Positions 11,025 through 23,827 of a stretch of DNA of 64,000 bases are shown here, in pieces. The notes beneath the pieces were generated by a model. That model ran no database searches. It saw only the letters and a list, made by a program, of their open reading frames with translations, and was not told where the DNA came from. Source of the DNA: Octopus sinensis (taxonomy: Eukaryota). Positions within the stretch are counted from its first letter, which is position 1. Each line of letters begins with the position of its first letter. Location of the stretch: positions 73,904,001 to 73,968,000 of the forward strand of contig NC_043000.1 of assembly GCF_006345805.1 (NCBI RefSeq), in the 5' to 3' direction. A program made the translations under genes and the position numbers.

Positions 11025-13688
11025 ATATCATTCATGACCATAATGCTTATGCTTACAATGCTACTAGCACCAGCTCTTACATCCAGTAGGAGCAACATTC
11101 TTAACATGCTTGAATGTTGCCAGGTTGGAAGAGAGGAAGAAGAGAGAAAAGATGGAGCATGCCTAACAAACGAACATCACCACAACAACCCTCTTCTTTT
11201 CAGGCACTGAATAACATCTCTCCTCCTCAAACCTCACTTCACATCCCCTTCCCAGTTTTCAGAGTTGACACAATGAAAGGTAGGTCTAGTGAGATTGTAG
11301 AGATGCTTGGAAGGAGATGGGTTGATGTATGCTGCATACAAGAGGTAAGATGGAGAGGTGCTTCAGTTAGGGTCCTCACAGGCAAGGCACATAGGTACAA
11401 ATTATTCTGGCAAAGTAACATGGATGGTGTAGGGGTGTAGGCATTCTTCTCTCAGAGAAATGGGTGGATAAGGTCATAGAGGTTGTTAGGGTATGCGATA
11501 GAGTGCTTAAGATTAGGCTAGTCCTACAAAATAGCACAGCTACTATCATCTCCACCTACGCCCCACATACGGGGCTACCAAATGATCAGAAGGACCACTT
11601 TTATGACACCCTTCTACAGGCTACCTCAAAGACGAGCAACAATGACATCATTTTTGTGGCTGGAGACTTTAATGGGCATGTCGGGCGGGAAACAGGTATC
11701 TTCAATGGGGTACACGGTGGCCATGGTATTGGCACCCAAAACGATGAGGGACCAGGCAACTGGAGTTCTGTGATGCATGTAACCTTTTAATCAGCAACGC
11801 TAACTTCAGGAAGCCAGAGAGCCACCTTGTAACCTATCAATCAGGGGACTCCGCTAGCCAGATTGATTTCATCCTCACCAGACAGCGGGATGCAGGGTTG
11901 CTCTTAAATACAAAGACCCTCCTGTACCCACAGCATAGGCTAGTCATTAGTGACTTTAGTCTCGAGGCCAGAAGGATACCAAGAAGCAGACCAATCCAAA
12001 AAAGAAGGATTTGGAGGTTAAAGAACCCTTCACATGGTCAGAGATTTAGGGACATCCTCATCAAGAAATTTGATGAGAGGAAGGAGGAGCTACAGACAAT
12101 GGACATAGAAGGTAGCTGGAAATTCCTACAAGACAGCTTGCTGAGTGCCACAGACCAAGTCTGTGGCTGGTGCAAAGTCCCTTCCAGACCTAGAGTTATG
12201 TGGCGGTAGAATAGTATGGTAGACAAAGCCATTAGGGCAAAGAAACAGGCCTGGAAAGCCTGGAAGGATGGGGGTAGCAGGGAACTGTACCAGGTAGCCA
12301 AAAGGGAGGCTGGGCGGCAGGTATACATAGCCAAGAGCGAAGCGGGAAAGAAGAAGTTTGCCAATGTCCAGCGACATGAGGACCAAAGAACTGAGGTATT
12401 TCGGATCGCAAGACAGTGTGTGAGAGAAAATTGTGATGTCACAGGAGAGAAATGCTTCCGCATGGATGATGGTGCACTTGCTTTTAATGATTCTGAAAAG
12501 AAAGAGGCTTGGAGAAGCCATTATGAAAGACTGCTGAATGTGGAGAATGAATGGGAGGAGGAGAGTCTGCCAAATGTTGACCCAGTAGAAGGACCAGCTA
12601 CCCGTATAGAAAGCTCCGTAGTAGATAAAGCAATTAAGGGTATGAAGCCAGGAAAAGCCCCTGGCCCATCAGGAATCACTGCTGAGATGCTTAAAATATC
12701 TAGCTACCTGCATTGTAAACCAGGTACTTCATGATGGAGTCATACCCAATGACTGGCATAGCAGTACCATAGTCAACTGCTACAAGGGTAAAGGTGATGA
12801 GAAATAACTACAGGGGTATCAAACTGCTGGATCAGGTAATGAACGTCACGGAGAGTGTCATAGCCCATCTCATCAGGGAGAGAGTCTGCTTAGTTGAGAT
12901 GCAGTTCGGTTTTGTGCCGGGTAGAAGCACCACTGATGTCATATTCCTGGTTCGACAACTGCAGCAGAAATACCTAGCCAAAGATATACTTAGCTTTTGT
13001 GGACTTGCAGAAAGCCTTTGACAGGGTGCCCCAATCCCTCATCTGGTGGGCAATGCAGAAACTGGAGATTGATGAATGGTTAATAAGGGCTGTACAGGCT
13101 CTTTACAGAGAGGCTGTTAGTAAGGTTAGGATTGGCAATGAGTACGGTGAAGAATTCCGGGTAGAAGTTGGCATCCACCTAGGCTCAGACCTCAGTCCCC
13201 TTCTATTCATCATAGTCCTCCAGGCAATATCAGAGGAATTCAAGACGGGTTGCCCCTGGGAGCTCCTCTATGCTGATGACCTAGCCCTTGTAGAAGAATC
13301 AGTACTGGAACTAGAAAAGAAATTTCGGATGTGGAAGCAAGGTTTAGAATCAAAAGGCCTTAGAGTCAATGTAGCAAAGACCAAAGTTATAGTAAGTAGG
13401 AAGGCAAACTCATCACACACCCCTTCAGGTAGGTGGCCCTGCTCGATCTGTAGAAAAGGTGTTGGTAGAAAGGTGTTGTAAGCTATGGACACATAGCAAC
13501 ATCAAAGGAAAAAAGTACCCACTACGCTCACAGAGTGGTTGGCGTTAGGAAGAGCATCCAGCTGTAGAAACACTGCCAGATCAGACTGGAGCCTGGTGCA
13601 GCCTCCTGGCTTCCCAGACCCTGGTCGAATCATCCAACCCATGCTAGCATGGAAAAATGGACACTAAACGATGATAATGATGATGATA
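11025..13688 (+). mobile_element. RTE-clade LINE (APE + RT), frameshifted, C-terminal part deleted, (GAT)n tail
   Basis: VDVCCIQEVRWRG, AGDFNGHVG, QFGFVPGRSTTD, DLQKAFDRVP, ELLYADDLAL; sequence jumps to the 3' UTR near 13510. Confidence 0.93.
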
Positions 13689-13722
13689 TATATATATATA
13701 TACATATGTATATATATGTGTA

Positions 13723-15101
13723 TTAGAAGAAATAAGGTACTCAGAAATTTGGATGGTTTTATATTTACAGATATTTATTAGTATGTTACATGTTTTTATA
13801 AATCATATATCATATATTAGTGCTTTCGTCCACTCTAGTGGAGTTTTCAAATTGAACTTTTGCAGGAATTTTGACTCTTTTTATAGTATTATTGAGTATG
13901 TAGGGGTGGGGAGAGATATAAGATAGTACAAGTGGGTGAGGAATGGGAAGAAAGTGAGAGAGAGCACGCGTGCATGTGTGTGTGTGTTTGTATCTGAAAG
14001 AGGTGTTAAAGGAAAAGAGAAGGAAAGGAAGAAGGAGAGAAAGAAGAAAAAATTTGTTTACATTTTTGCAACTGGTCAGCCTTTCAATAGTAAATGATTC
14101 TTGGCTTTTAGAAATGGCAAACTCAAATGGCCACTTCAAGGGGGGGGGGCAAAATATCACTTCTCAAAAGATTGTCTGGATTTCTTTTTATCATTGTTTT
14201 ATGAGAGTGTGTGTGTGTGTGTGTGTGTGTGTGCACGTGTGTCTGGGGGTGCTTGTGTATCTGGAAGGGGTGTCGCTGGAGAAGGGAAGAAAGAAAGAGA
14301 GGAAGAAGAAATAATTGTGTTGACATTTATATCACTGTTCAGTTCTTTCAATCCAATGTTTGATTGCTGTGCTGATATGGGTTGGAGAATCTGGATGAAA
14401 GATTGTCTATATTTATGTATATGTACATATGTGTAGTACTGTGTGTGTGTGTGTGTGTTTAACACAATTTACTTTACAAAATTGGTCCTTCATCAAGAAA
14501 TATTTTCAGCCATTCAATTTGGGGGATAACTTTGTTATGAAGTATTTTGCCATATTTCTTCTGAAGGAGGTGTCATTCTTTGGACATTTGTAGAAGGGAA
14601 AGATCTTAAATTTTCCTTCTCCACATGTATCTAGGTGTTTACTCAGTGGAATCTTTCACAGTTCCTCCTCTCGGACATGTTATCAGTGAATTCTGGCTCG
14701 TTGGCATAAAGAATTTCCAGTTTCACCTATATAATTCTCCTTGCATGTGGGGCAGGTTATGCAGTATACTACGTTCTGCGTCTTGCAGTTCATGTCTGCA
14801 TTTACTTTGAATATGTGATCACTCTTAAATTTCATTTGTTTGTCTCCGTCTATATATTTGTAGGTGGGGTTACTCCAGATCCCACAACTACCATCTCCGC
14901 ACTCTTTTACAAAGAATTCAGTTTTAGTTTCTGATGAGAATTTCGCTCTTGTTAGTTGTTTCTTCAGGTTTTTGACTTTCGTCTACTAGAGTGGACGAAA
15001 GCACTAATATATGATGTATGATTTATAAAAACATGTAACATACTAATAAATATCTGTAAATATAAAACCATCCAGATTTCTGAGTACCTCATTTCTTCTA
15101 A
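13723..15101 (-). mobile_element. Penelope-like element: GIY-YIG fragment (14506-14982) plus 3' UTR, with inverted terminal copy at its 5' end
   Basis: Manual minus-strand translation: ...MNCKTQNVVYCITCPTCKENYIGETGNSLCQRARIH**...KIPLSKHLDTC...FPFYKC. 13723-13839 is the reverse complement of 14985-15101. Confidence 0.85.
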
Positions 15102-15143
15102 AATATAATACCTGTACATCATCTCCAAACCTTCTAACATATA

Positions 15144-15219
<76 letters not shown>

Positions 15220-15344
15220 TATATATAGATTCAGATGAATATGGTACTTAAGTTGAGGCACCAGAAATTAGTGCAGTGTTATCCATACAATTTCAAAATA
15301 AGGTGATTAAAATCAAAATAAGCAACAAGGATATCCAGAATTAA

Positions 15345-15430
15345 TGCAGTAACATCGTTTCACACAACTCCATTTAAATGAACAATGCAACCATTACATC
15401 AATTTAAATGCAGGGCAATCCTCAGCTGCA
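15345..15430 (-). ncRNA. Degenerate hammerhead motif, inverted copy of the PLE terminal repeat at 16565-16705
   Basis: Reverse complement TGCAG CTGAGGA ... GAAAC GATG TTA CTGCA; stem III and cleavage triplet are mutated. Confidence 0.5.
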
Positions 15431-16564
15431 TAAAGACAGAATTTTTTAAAATTAGTGTAAAATTAGAATGTCATATAACATAAATATTCCTTTAGCTAAT
15501 ACTAGGTATCAATCTTTATTGATACAAGCTAAATAAATAAATATATAATTTTTAGTTTAATATATTTTGAATAATTATATATTTTCTATAAATCTTCTCT
15601 ATTGTTGTTAATAAGCTACATATATTTTATCATGTATTTAGTGATTAAGCTATTTTATTCCTTTTCTATGGTGTTCTGCCCTACCTGATTATTTTGTTTC
15701 TTTATTATTTCATAATAGCATTTATTTATTTATAAAATAAACCTAATTTTTGTACCTCTATAAATTCATACTTAGCTTATATATAACAATACTAGTATAT
15801 TCACTACTTATAATAAATTGCTTAGATTATAATTTAATTAATATATAGTTAGCATGTTCTTTTACCTCAGTACTCCTTTATTAAATACCAGTATATACCA
15901 ATTTGATCAATATTCATAAATACCATCTGATAAGTTGGTATTTAAGTATATAATATGTATAAATATTAAACTATTTCTAGATAATCTTTTTCCTCCCTCC
16001 ATTGTGGTAAAAGTTTGGTATATACTCAAAAGTATTCAAAAGACTTTTTCTCCTTTTGTTATAATATTCTTCTTAATAATGCTCTGAATAACCCTAAGCT
16101 TTAATTTTATATAATATAGCAAAATTGTTTAAAATATTTAACATGATAAAATTGTTTAAAATATTTAACATGATAAAATTTCCTCTGTTTCATTATTAAT
16201 GGTCTGCTAGTGGCCTGTCCCCTTAATTGTCAGCTAATATCTTGATTTAAGTTTTCCTTTACCAAATCTCAGGATATTGCTTCTAATAAATCTTGGATTT
16301 TTATTACTATACCCACTATGATTTCTGTCAACTCCCCTAGCCCTACCCCAAACAGACATTGCCCCCTGTTCTCTCAGCCTTAGGCATACAAGGATTTGAT
16401 AAAACTAGTCTATAAATTAAAACTGACCCCATAAAACAGTGACAAGCAACATCTGATACCTTAGTAGCTCCTAAGCTGAAGTGAAGGTAGCATGTTCTTT
16501 GTCTATCTCCTTAACTTCTTGGAGATTTTAAGTAAAATTATACTAATGTGTCCATCTGTTTTAA

Positions 16565-18285
16565 TTGAATTGAATTCTATGTCTTTGTGCAGCTGAGGAT
16601 TGCTCTTCACTAAAATTGATGTAATGGTTGCATTGTTCAATTCAATGGATTTGAAACGATCGTACTGCATTACCTCTGGAGATCCTTGTTACTTATTTTG
16701 ATTATACACACACACACACGTATATATGTTTGACTTTAAGACCCATTGTAGCTGGGCCGGCCTGTGAAACCCACCGACTAAGCAATTTTCTAGACATCCT
16801 ACTGAAACCCTTGCTGAAATACATCAAAAGCTTCATTAGGGATGATTTAGACATGCTAGAACACCTACCAAAAATGATTAATGAAGAGGCAATATTGGTT
16901 ACCCTCGATGTTATCAATCTTTACACCAAGATCCCCATGACTATGGAATAAAAGCAATTAAATTCTGGTTGGAAAAGTACCTCGAAGTCCTACCGGAACG
17001 CATAAACCAGATCTTTATTATTGTATCCTTAAAATTTATACTTCAGAACAATTATTTCCTATTTGATGACACATACAATCATAAGAAATGCGGAATTGCG
17101 ATGGGGACAAAACAACACTAAATGACATAAATAGTAACATTCAATTCACAATGGAATATAACAAAGAACAACTTCCATTTTTAGACATCATGATAAAAAA
17201 AGTTAACAATGAAATCATAACTGACATTTATTATAAACCAACTGATTCAAAACAATATCTTCTTTTTAACTCATGCCACCCAAAACACATAAAAATTAAC
17301 ATCCCTTCCAACTTAGCAAAAAGGATCTGCACAATAGTGTCTGATAGAACAACTCGAGACCTTCGTCTTCAAGACCTCAAAACAACACTTATTGAAAGAC
17401 AATATCCACCCTTTCTTATCGACGAGGGAATTAAATGTGCCAAACAATTAGACACAAAAACACTAAGAACAAAAAAACATAGTACCACACCTCAAACCAA
17501 AACATTACTATTTATATCAACACACAACCCCAGAAACAGTGAGGCATTCAACACTATTGTGCAAACTCTTCCTTTACTAACTAGAGATCCAAAAATGAAC
17601 AACATCCTGAAAACACACAAACTCATCAAATGCAAAAAAACAAGACAAATCACTAAAGAGACAACTAACAAATGCAAAGCTTTACAAAACAACCACGAAA
17701 CTAACGGTTGAAAAATGTGAATGCCCAAACTGTGGAACCTGCCCCAACCTGCTTGAAGGCTCAGATTTCCTTTTCAAACAAGGACAGAGGTTCACAATTA
17801 AAACTAGTTTCACCTGTGCCTCTGAGAACCTAATTTATGTAATAACCTGCTCAGGTTGCGGACACCAGTACATTGGACAAACGAGTATGACCTTGAGAAA
17901 AAGAACCACTCTACATAAAGAGCAAATCCATTTCCCGCAATACAGAAAAATTCCTCTCAGTGAACATATAGAAAAATGTGCAGGTAACATCAAACTAAAT
18001 TTCACAGTCTTCCCTTTCTACCAGTGCAAAGTTGCAATCTCTCAACTAGAACGTTTAAATAAAGAAACTTTTTTCATTGAAAAATACAAAACATGTCTTA
18101 ATATGCACGCATAACCAACTTTTATATTTTTACATATTTCAATTCACGATTACATCACTGTACATAAATCCCCTACTAAACAAGGTTTTTGAAACCTGTC
18201 TCCGTTCTGTACACATATATAATACCCACCCATTACCGAAAGCTGCATTATCTCTGGATGCCCTTGTTGCTTATTTTGATATATA
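16565..18285 (+). mobile_element. Penelope-like element (RT with core deleted + GIY-YIG), terminal repeat remnants at both ends
   Basis: LRPIVAGP, LVTLDVINLYTKIP, CGIAMGTK joined directly to NIQFTME..LPFLDI; LIYVITCSGCGHQYIGQT. About 18242-18280 repeats about 16665-16700. Confidence 0.88.
16588..16669 (+). ncRNA. Type I hammerhead motif in PLE terminal repeat
   Basis: Stem I TGCAG/CTGCA; core CTGAGGA; GAAAC; palindromic ACGATCGT stem III; GUA triplet. The base of the long stem II is imperfect. Confidence 0.65.
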
Positions 18286-18303
18286 TATATATATATATAA
18301 TCG

Positions 18304-18344
<41 letters not shown>

Positions 18345-18377
18345 ATCGATATGTGTGTATATATATATATATATATT

Positions 18378-19263
18378 CGATGGGTGAATGAATTATCCTA
18401 TGTTTACCGTCAACATGGAAAATTCGATGAACCGATACCAGGGTAGCAAATTCACGTCAGAAACATGGTTGAAGCGACCTATCCAAAGATAGAATTCTAT
18501 ATACCAGTGTAAAATTTCTTCCGGTACCAATGTCTTCTTCTATTTAGGTGCGTCCACTTCCAGTTATCCAAGAGAATTTCAAACCATTATTCATCATTTA
18601 GGGATAGTGAAAAACGACATAGTACAGGGATAGGTAAATTAGTTTGGCGTCTTAAAGACAACAATATAGATTTTAAGTTAGATTGGTTCATACTGTCTGT
18701 ATCCTTTCCTTTTGATTAGGGCAGGAGATTTTGTAACATTTGCAACTCTGAACTCTTCCATATTCTCTTCTCTAAGGTTCACCTTGTAAACACACTTATA
18801 GAGAAATCGTACAAATGTAAACACTGGCAGAAACATACATTTTACTCATATAAATGATTTCGATAGTCATTAGAGTTTGAACAATTAGTTTAACGTGCAC
18901 TTCACTTCATTAGAGAATTCCTTTCCTAAGCCTTTGAACATTCTTTTAATCAACGTACCCCCCCTCTTTATTTGTTCCCTATTTATTATTCCTTTAACCC
19001 GTCTCTTCCTACTATCTAACTTTGACGTCAATTCTACTAACGGTTTTTTTTAAGACTTATTAACGTTTTGTTTATCATGTAGGCAGTCATCGTAATTATT
19101 TTATTGTCTTGTTGGTGAGAGAGGCTCCCTTTCTTTCCTGATGAGAAGATTGCATCTTACATCGTTTATTCCTTTGGAATAAAACCATGTTGTCTTCGAA
19201 ACATATGTCGAAAGTAAAGGAATTTTATTAACATCTTCGTTCAACTCCATTTATTTATCTATT
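18378..19263 (+). mobile_element. 5'-truncated PLE (GIY-YIG + 3' UTR + HHR), same family as 28131-30415
   Basis: About 18490-19263 aligns closely with about 29505-30255; 18378-18488 is the reverse complement of about 30299-30415. Confidence 0.88.
19128..19220 (+). ncRNA. Canonical type I hammerhead ribozyme
   Basis: Stem I CTTTC/GAAAG; CTGATGA (19138-19144); stem II GAAGA/TCTTC; GAAAC; palindrome ACATATGT; GUC with predicted cut after 19209. Confidence 0.85.
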
Positions 19264-19290
19264 CATATATATATATATATATATATATAT

Positions 19291-20112
19291 CGATAGGCAA
19301 AGTTCAGAGAGCTCTTACCTCTGCTAGTGACAAAAGGCCTTTCGCTCAGAGTAAAAGGCAGACTGTATGGTGCATGTGTACGAACAGCCATGCTACATGG
19401 TAGTGAAACATGGGCCGTGACTGCTGAGGATATGTGTAAGCTCACAAGAAATGAAACCAGTATGCTCCGATGGATGTGTATTGTCAGTGTTCATACTCGA
19501 CAGAGTGTAAGTACCTTGAGAGAGAAGTTGGACCTAAGAAGCATCAGTTGTGGTGTGCAAGAGAGACGTTTGTGCTGGTATGGTCATGTGGCGAGAATGG
19601 ATGAAGATAGTTGTGTGAAAAAGTGCCACACCCTATCGGTTGAGGGAACCTGTGGAAGAGGTAGACCCAGGAAAACTTGGGATGAGGTGGTGAAGCACGA
19701 CCTTCGAACTTTAGGTCTCGCCGAGGAAATGACTAGAAACAGAGACCTTTGGAAGTATGCTGTGCGTGAGAAGACCCAGCAGGACAAGTGAGACCATAAC
19801 CCATAGCCTCAGTCCACTTATGCATATGTTTCCTTCTTGAGACACAAAACTCTACTTGTGAAGACCTGTTGAGGCAAGTGAAAATCAAAATCGATCAACA
19901 TCAATGGAAATTGTAGCTGTGATACCAGTGCCAGTGACATATAAGAGAACCATCTGAATGTGGCCGTTGCCAGCGTTGACCCGACTGGCTTCCGTGCCGG
20001 TGGCACGTAAAAAGCACAATCCGAGCCTTCTGGCTCCCCAGACCCCAGTTGCACCGTCCAACCCATGCCAGCATGGAAAGCGGACGCTAAACGATGATGA
20101 TGATGATGATAT
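19291..20112 (+). mobile_element. RTE LINE 3' fragment with 3' UTR and (GAT)n tail
   Basis: KGLSLRVKGRLYGACVRTAMLHGSETW...GRGRPRKTWDEVV. Confidence 0.92.
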
Positions 20113-20117
20113 TGATA

Positions 20118-20153
<36 letters not shown>

Positions 20154-20161
20154 CATACATA

Positions 20162-20495
20162 CAGGGTGGACCAAAATGATCTGACACATTTGTAGGCTTA
20201 ATAAAAGCACAAAATAAGAAATAATGAAAAAAAAAATTTTATTTTCTGAATGTACATATAATGCCATTTTATTTCATTAAGTTTTAAAAAGTAAATCAGC
20301 CAAATGCTTCCCACCATTGTCAACACACTGCTGGAAATGTTCATGAAAGTTATCGATAACTCTATGGATCATTTCTTCTGGAATGGTTGCTATTTCTACA
20401 CAAATTGCACGTTTTAATTCACCAATAGATTGAGGGCGATGACTGAATACTTTTGATTTTAAATATCCCCACAAGAAGAAATCACATTTCACCAT
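20162..20495 (-). mobile_element. Tc1/mariner-superfamily transposase 3' fragment (DD37D/DD41D-like) with one TIR
   Basis: CDFFLWGYLKSKVF...CVDNGGKHLADLL; terminus TA-CAGGGTGGACCAAAA. Confidence 0.8.
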
Positions 20496-20719
20496 TCCAT
20501 ATGTAATATGTAATATATGTATATAATATATATGTGCATATATATAATATCTACATATATATATATAGGCAACAGAATATGTTTGCGTTGGAGATCGATG
20601 GACAACTAAGAGAGAGAGAATATATATCATCATCGGAAAGTGGACGCTAAATGATGATATATATTCTCTCTCTCTTAGCTGTCCATCGATCTCCAATTCA
20701 AACATATTCTGTTGCCTAA

Positions 20720-22680
20720 GTAGTCAGCAGTGGGAATGCATATGACTCTACAACCCAAAGCTGGAAGCATACAGACAGCCACAGGTTGGACACTGGCAGT
20801 CTGTGATCAGGATTGAGGATGATGCCACCCAGTGGCATCAGTCTGTTGCAGCTGTGAAGCATTGTCATCTATCCCCTTCGTAGGCAGCTACTGCAGTGTT
20901 GGTCATTGACCTCCAGGTAGCTCTGTTTGTGGCCGCAGTCTTGAGTTTGCCATGCTGATGCCCCACCACTTTAGGTTCCTTGTTGCCTTGTGCCTTCCTT
21001 CAGCTCACCATACATCAGCTATGGTAGTTGTTCATTCTGATGTGGCCGGACCAACATAACTGAGCTTTGATCAGAAGTGCCTTCATGCTTGTGGACTCTT
21101 CTTCTCTGTCTAGAACTTCTTGATTGGAGACTGTCCTGCCAGCAGATGCCATGATTGCATGCAGTGATCTTGTATGTAACTGTTCCAACTGCTTGAAGTG
21201 TCAGTGGTATGGAGTCCACATTTCACAATCATGCAGCAGCATGGAGAAAACAACAGCTTTGTATATCTTGAGTTTCATGGTCAGCCACATGCCTTTCTGT
21301 TGTAGTATTTTATTTCTGAGTCTATTGAATGCTTGGCTGGCTTTCTGGATCCCGATAGTGATCTCTTTACTCAGTGAAAAATCTACAGCAAACACCATGT
21401 TTATAGTGATGTGGCTAGGGCAGAAACCACACTGGACCTCAGGTAGGTTGCTCTCGGAGATGTTGACAATGAGTTGTTTGTGTGGGCATAGAACTGCACT
21501 TTGTCAGCTTTCTTTTCTCACTAAGCATCTTGCATGGCATGGAGTTCAAGCTGATCTCTGGCCTTCTATTCTTTGAACCTGTCACGTCATGAGACACAGC
21601 TGGGATGGTTTTGCCAGTTGATGAAAGCAGGACTTGGATGGCTTCATTGTTTTCATCAAACCAGTGTTGATGATGCCTCCTTTTGGGGCCAAGGACTGCT
21701 TTGGCTGTCTCGGTGACCACTTCTTTGAAATGTTTCCATTTTTCTTCTTGTCCTCAGTAAGCAGACCTGCTGCATCAAAGCTGTTCTGGAAATCCCACTG
21801 GTATTGACTAGACTGGAGTTTTGCTGTATTGAAGGCCTGTTTGATGAGACTGGAGCCCTTGTGGTGGTGGGGGGACTACGCAAATGTTGAGCTTGGCTTG
21901 AACAAGGCAGTGGTCTGTCCAACAGTCTGCGCCATGCATTGCCCTGGTGGTGAGGATGTCACTGCTGTCTCGCTAGTGGTTGATGATGTAGTCTGTGAGA
22001 TGCTGTTGTTTGAATATGGGGTGCATGTACGTGTTCTTATATTTATCAACCTGCCTAAAGACTGTGTTTGTGATGAGCAGTTCATGTTCTACACATTTGC
22101 TCAGCACGAGAAATCCGTTTATGTTCATTTTGCCTACACCATGCTTCCTGATCACTCCCCTCTTCTCATTGCTGTCGCTGTCAACTCTGGTATTGAAATC
22201 ACTCAGAAAGATGAGCTTGTCAGTGGTAGGTGTGATGCATAGATGAGTGTCCAGATCAGTGTAAAGCTGTTCCTAGACTTTCTCTATGGATGTCTTGGTG
22301 GGAGGGATAGGCATCGATGATAGTGATAAACTGCCTGTTGCTGATGGAGAGGTGGATCTTCATCAGCCTTCCATCAACACCAGTCAGGAGAGCGGGGATC
22401 TGTTTGAGGAGTTTGGTCCTGATGCGGTCTTCATTGCAGACCTTTCCTTTCCAGTAAAAGGTGTATCCGTTAGATTCAGTCACTAATGACGTTTCGGCCA
22501 ATCTGGTTTCACTCAAGGCAGTTATGTTGATGTTGATGTACCTTGATAGTTCGTTGGCTACAAGTGCTGTCCTTCTCTGGGGTCTTGAGACATTGTCACA
22601 ATCTAGAAGAGTATGCATGTTTCACATCCCAGTGATGAGTTTCTTTTTCAGTTGGAATCAACCCCAAAAAGAGTAAGTCC
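20720..22680 (-). mobile_element. Degenerate RTE (BovB-like) LINE with internal deletions removing the RT core
   Basis: RRTALVANELSRY..ALSETRL (APE); HWFDENNEAIQ; LPEVQCGF..MVFAV joined to DFSLSKEITIGIQKASQAFNRL. Confidence 0.8.
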
Positions 22681-23022
22681 ACCAGACGTGGTAAACTGGC
22701 CAGACAGCCAAAAATAAATAAATAACTGCATTAAAAAAATTGGATATTCTCTATTTCCTGTTTTCCTTAAATTGATTCGTTATTATTTCTCCTCTATGGA
22801 AAAGCATACAGTATCTTTAGAGACAACTGGATTTACAGGCATGAGAATGTATGAAGAATAGTTAAACCAACCAACTGAAAGTACATAAAGTCACATATGT
22901 TAACCAGCATTATTAATCAGTAGAAGTGCATATTGGTGCCTGCTTGGATATATATATTTTGGGAACTAGACTATATATGTGTATATATGATATGTATATC
23001 TATGATATATGTATAAATAATA

Positions 23023-23157
23023 TCTATTCTATATCTATAAAACAGTCCTTGAACAAAAATTGTATGCGCATTTATATATATATATATATATATAAAATAT
23101 GTGTATATATAATATATACTATCATTATGACCCGTCGTTGCCGGGTCATAGTGCTAG
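23023..23157 (+). mobile_element. Probable miniature non-autonomous Helitron
   Basis: A|TC start; 9-bp GC-containing hairpin TATGACCCG/CGGGTCATA (23126-23150); CTAG|T end. Confidence 0.5.
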
Positions 23158-23275
23158 TGCATGTATATATGTGTATATATATGTGTACATATTACATGTG
23201 CATCTATATATATACATCTACACATAAAATACAAAATACAAAGTTATATCTTGATATCGCTATTGATAACAATAC

Positions 23276-23827
23276 TCAAAATATATCACGGACTGGAATT
23301 GTAGGCCTGTCTCTTGCAATTTCAATCAATTGTATCTTGTCCTCCCTCTTGTATAGAAGTGTGGCTACAATCCAGCCTACTTCTACTTCTGGGGGGACAT
23401 TTTAAATTTTTATCCGGAACGTCCTACATCCCAGATATAAAGGTAAAAATATATTTCCACTTTGCAAGGTTCGAGTCGAGTACTCCCTTGCACACTCCGT
23501 TGACTCGAACCTTGCTTCTATTGTGGCGAATTTACCACCTCTGGTTAGATACTTGATATCTTTCATAGTCGCATCAAGACACTTTTCGATGGTGCTTTCC
23601 TCCAGGTGTTCAAATCTTTTTTTCTCTACATTGTATACTTTATAGACAATAGTCTTTTCTTTAATTTAATTTTTTATTTCGTTTGGTGGTGTTATCCTAG
23701 ATTCACCGTCTTTGTCAGTGATCAATCCGAAATAGGTTTGTATTTCTTCCATTTTAATTTTAATGAGTTCACGCCCGCTGATGGCTGCAGCGAAATTCAT
23801 TTTTGGACTCTCTGCTATCGAAGACAT
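23276..23827 (-). pseudogene. 184-codon frame with two internal TAA stops; probable ORF1 (RRM-like) of an L1/Tx1-type LINE
   Basis: Manual translation: MSSIAESPKMNFAAAISG...KN*IKEKTIVYKVY...IKYLTRGGKFATIEARF...LPLYLGCRTFRIKI*NVPPEV. Family assignment is from recalled motif similarity only. Confidence 0.45.

Noticed and set aside
18165-18205. Hammerhead at the 3' end of the 16.7-kb PLE (GAAACCTGTC)
   Set aside because: No CUGANGA core or stem I is recognisable.
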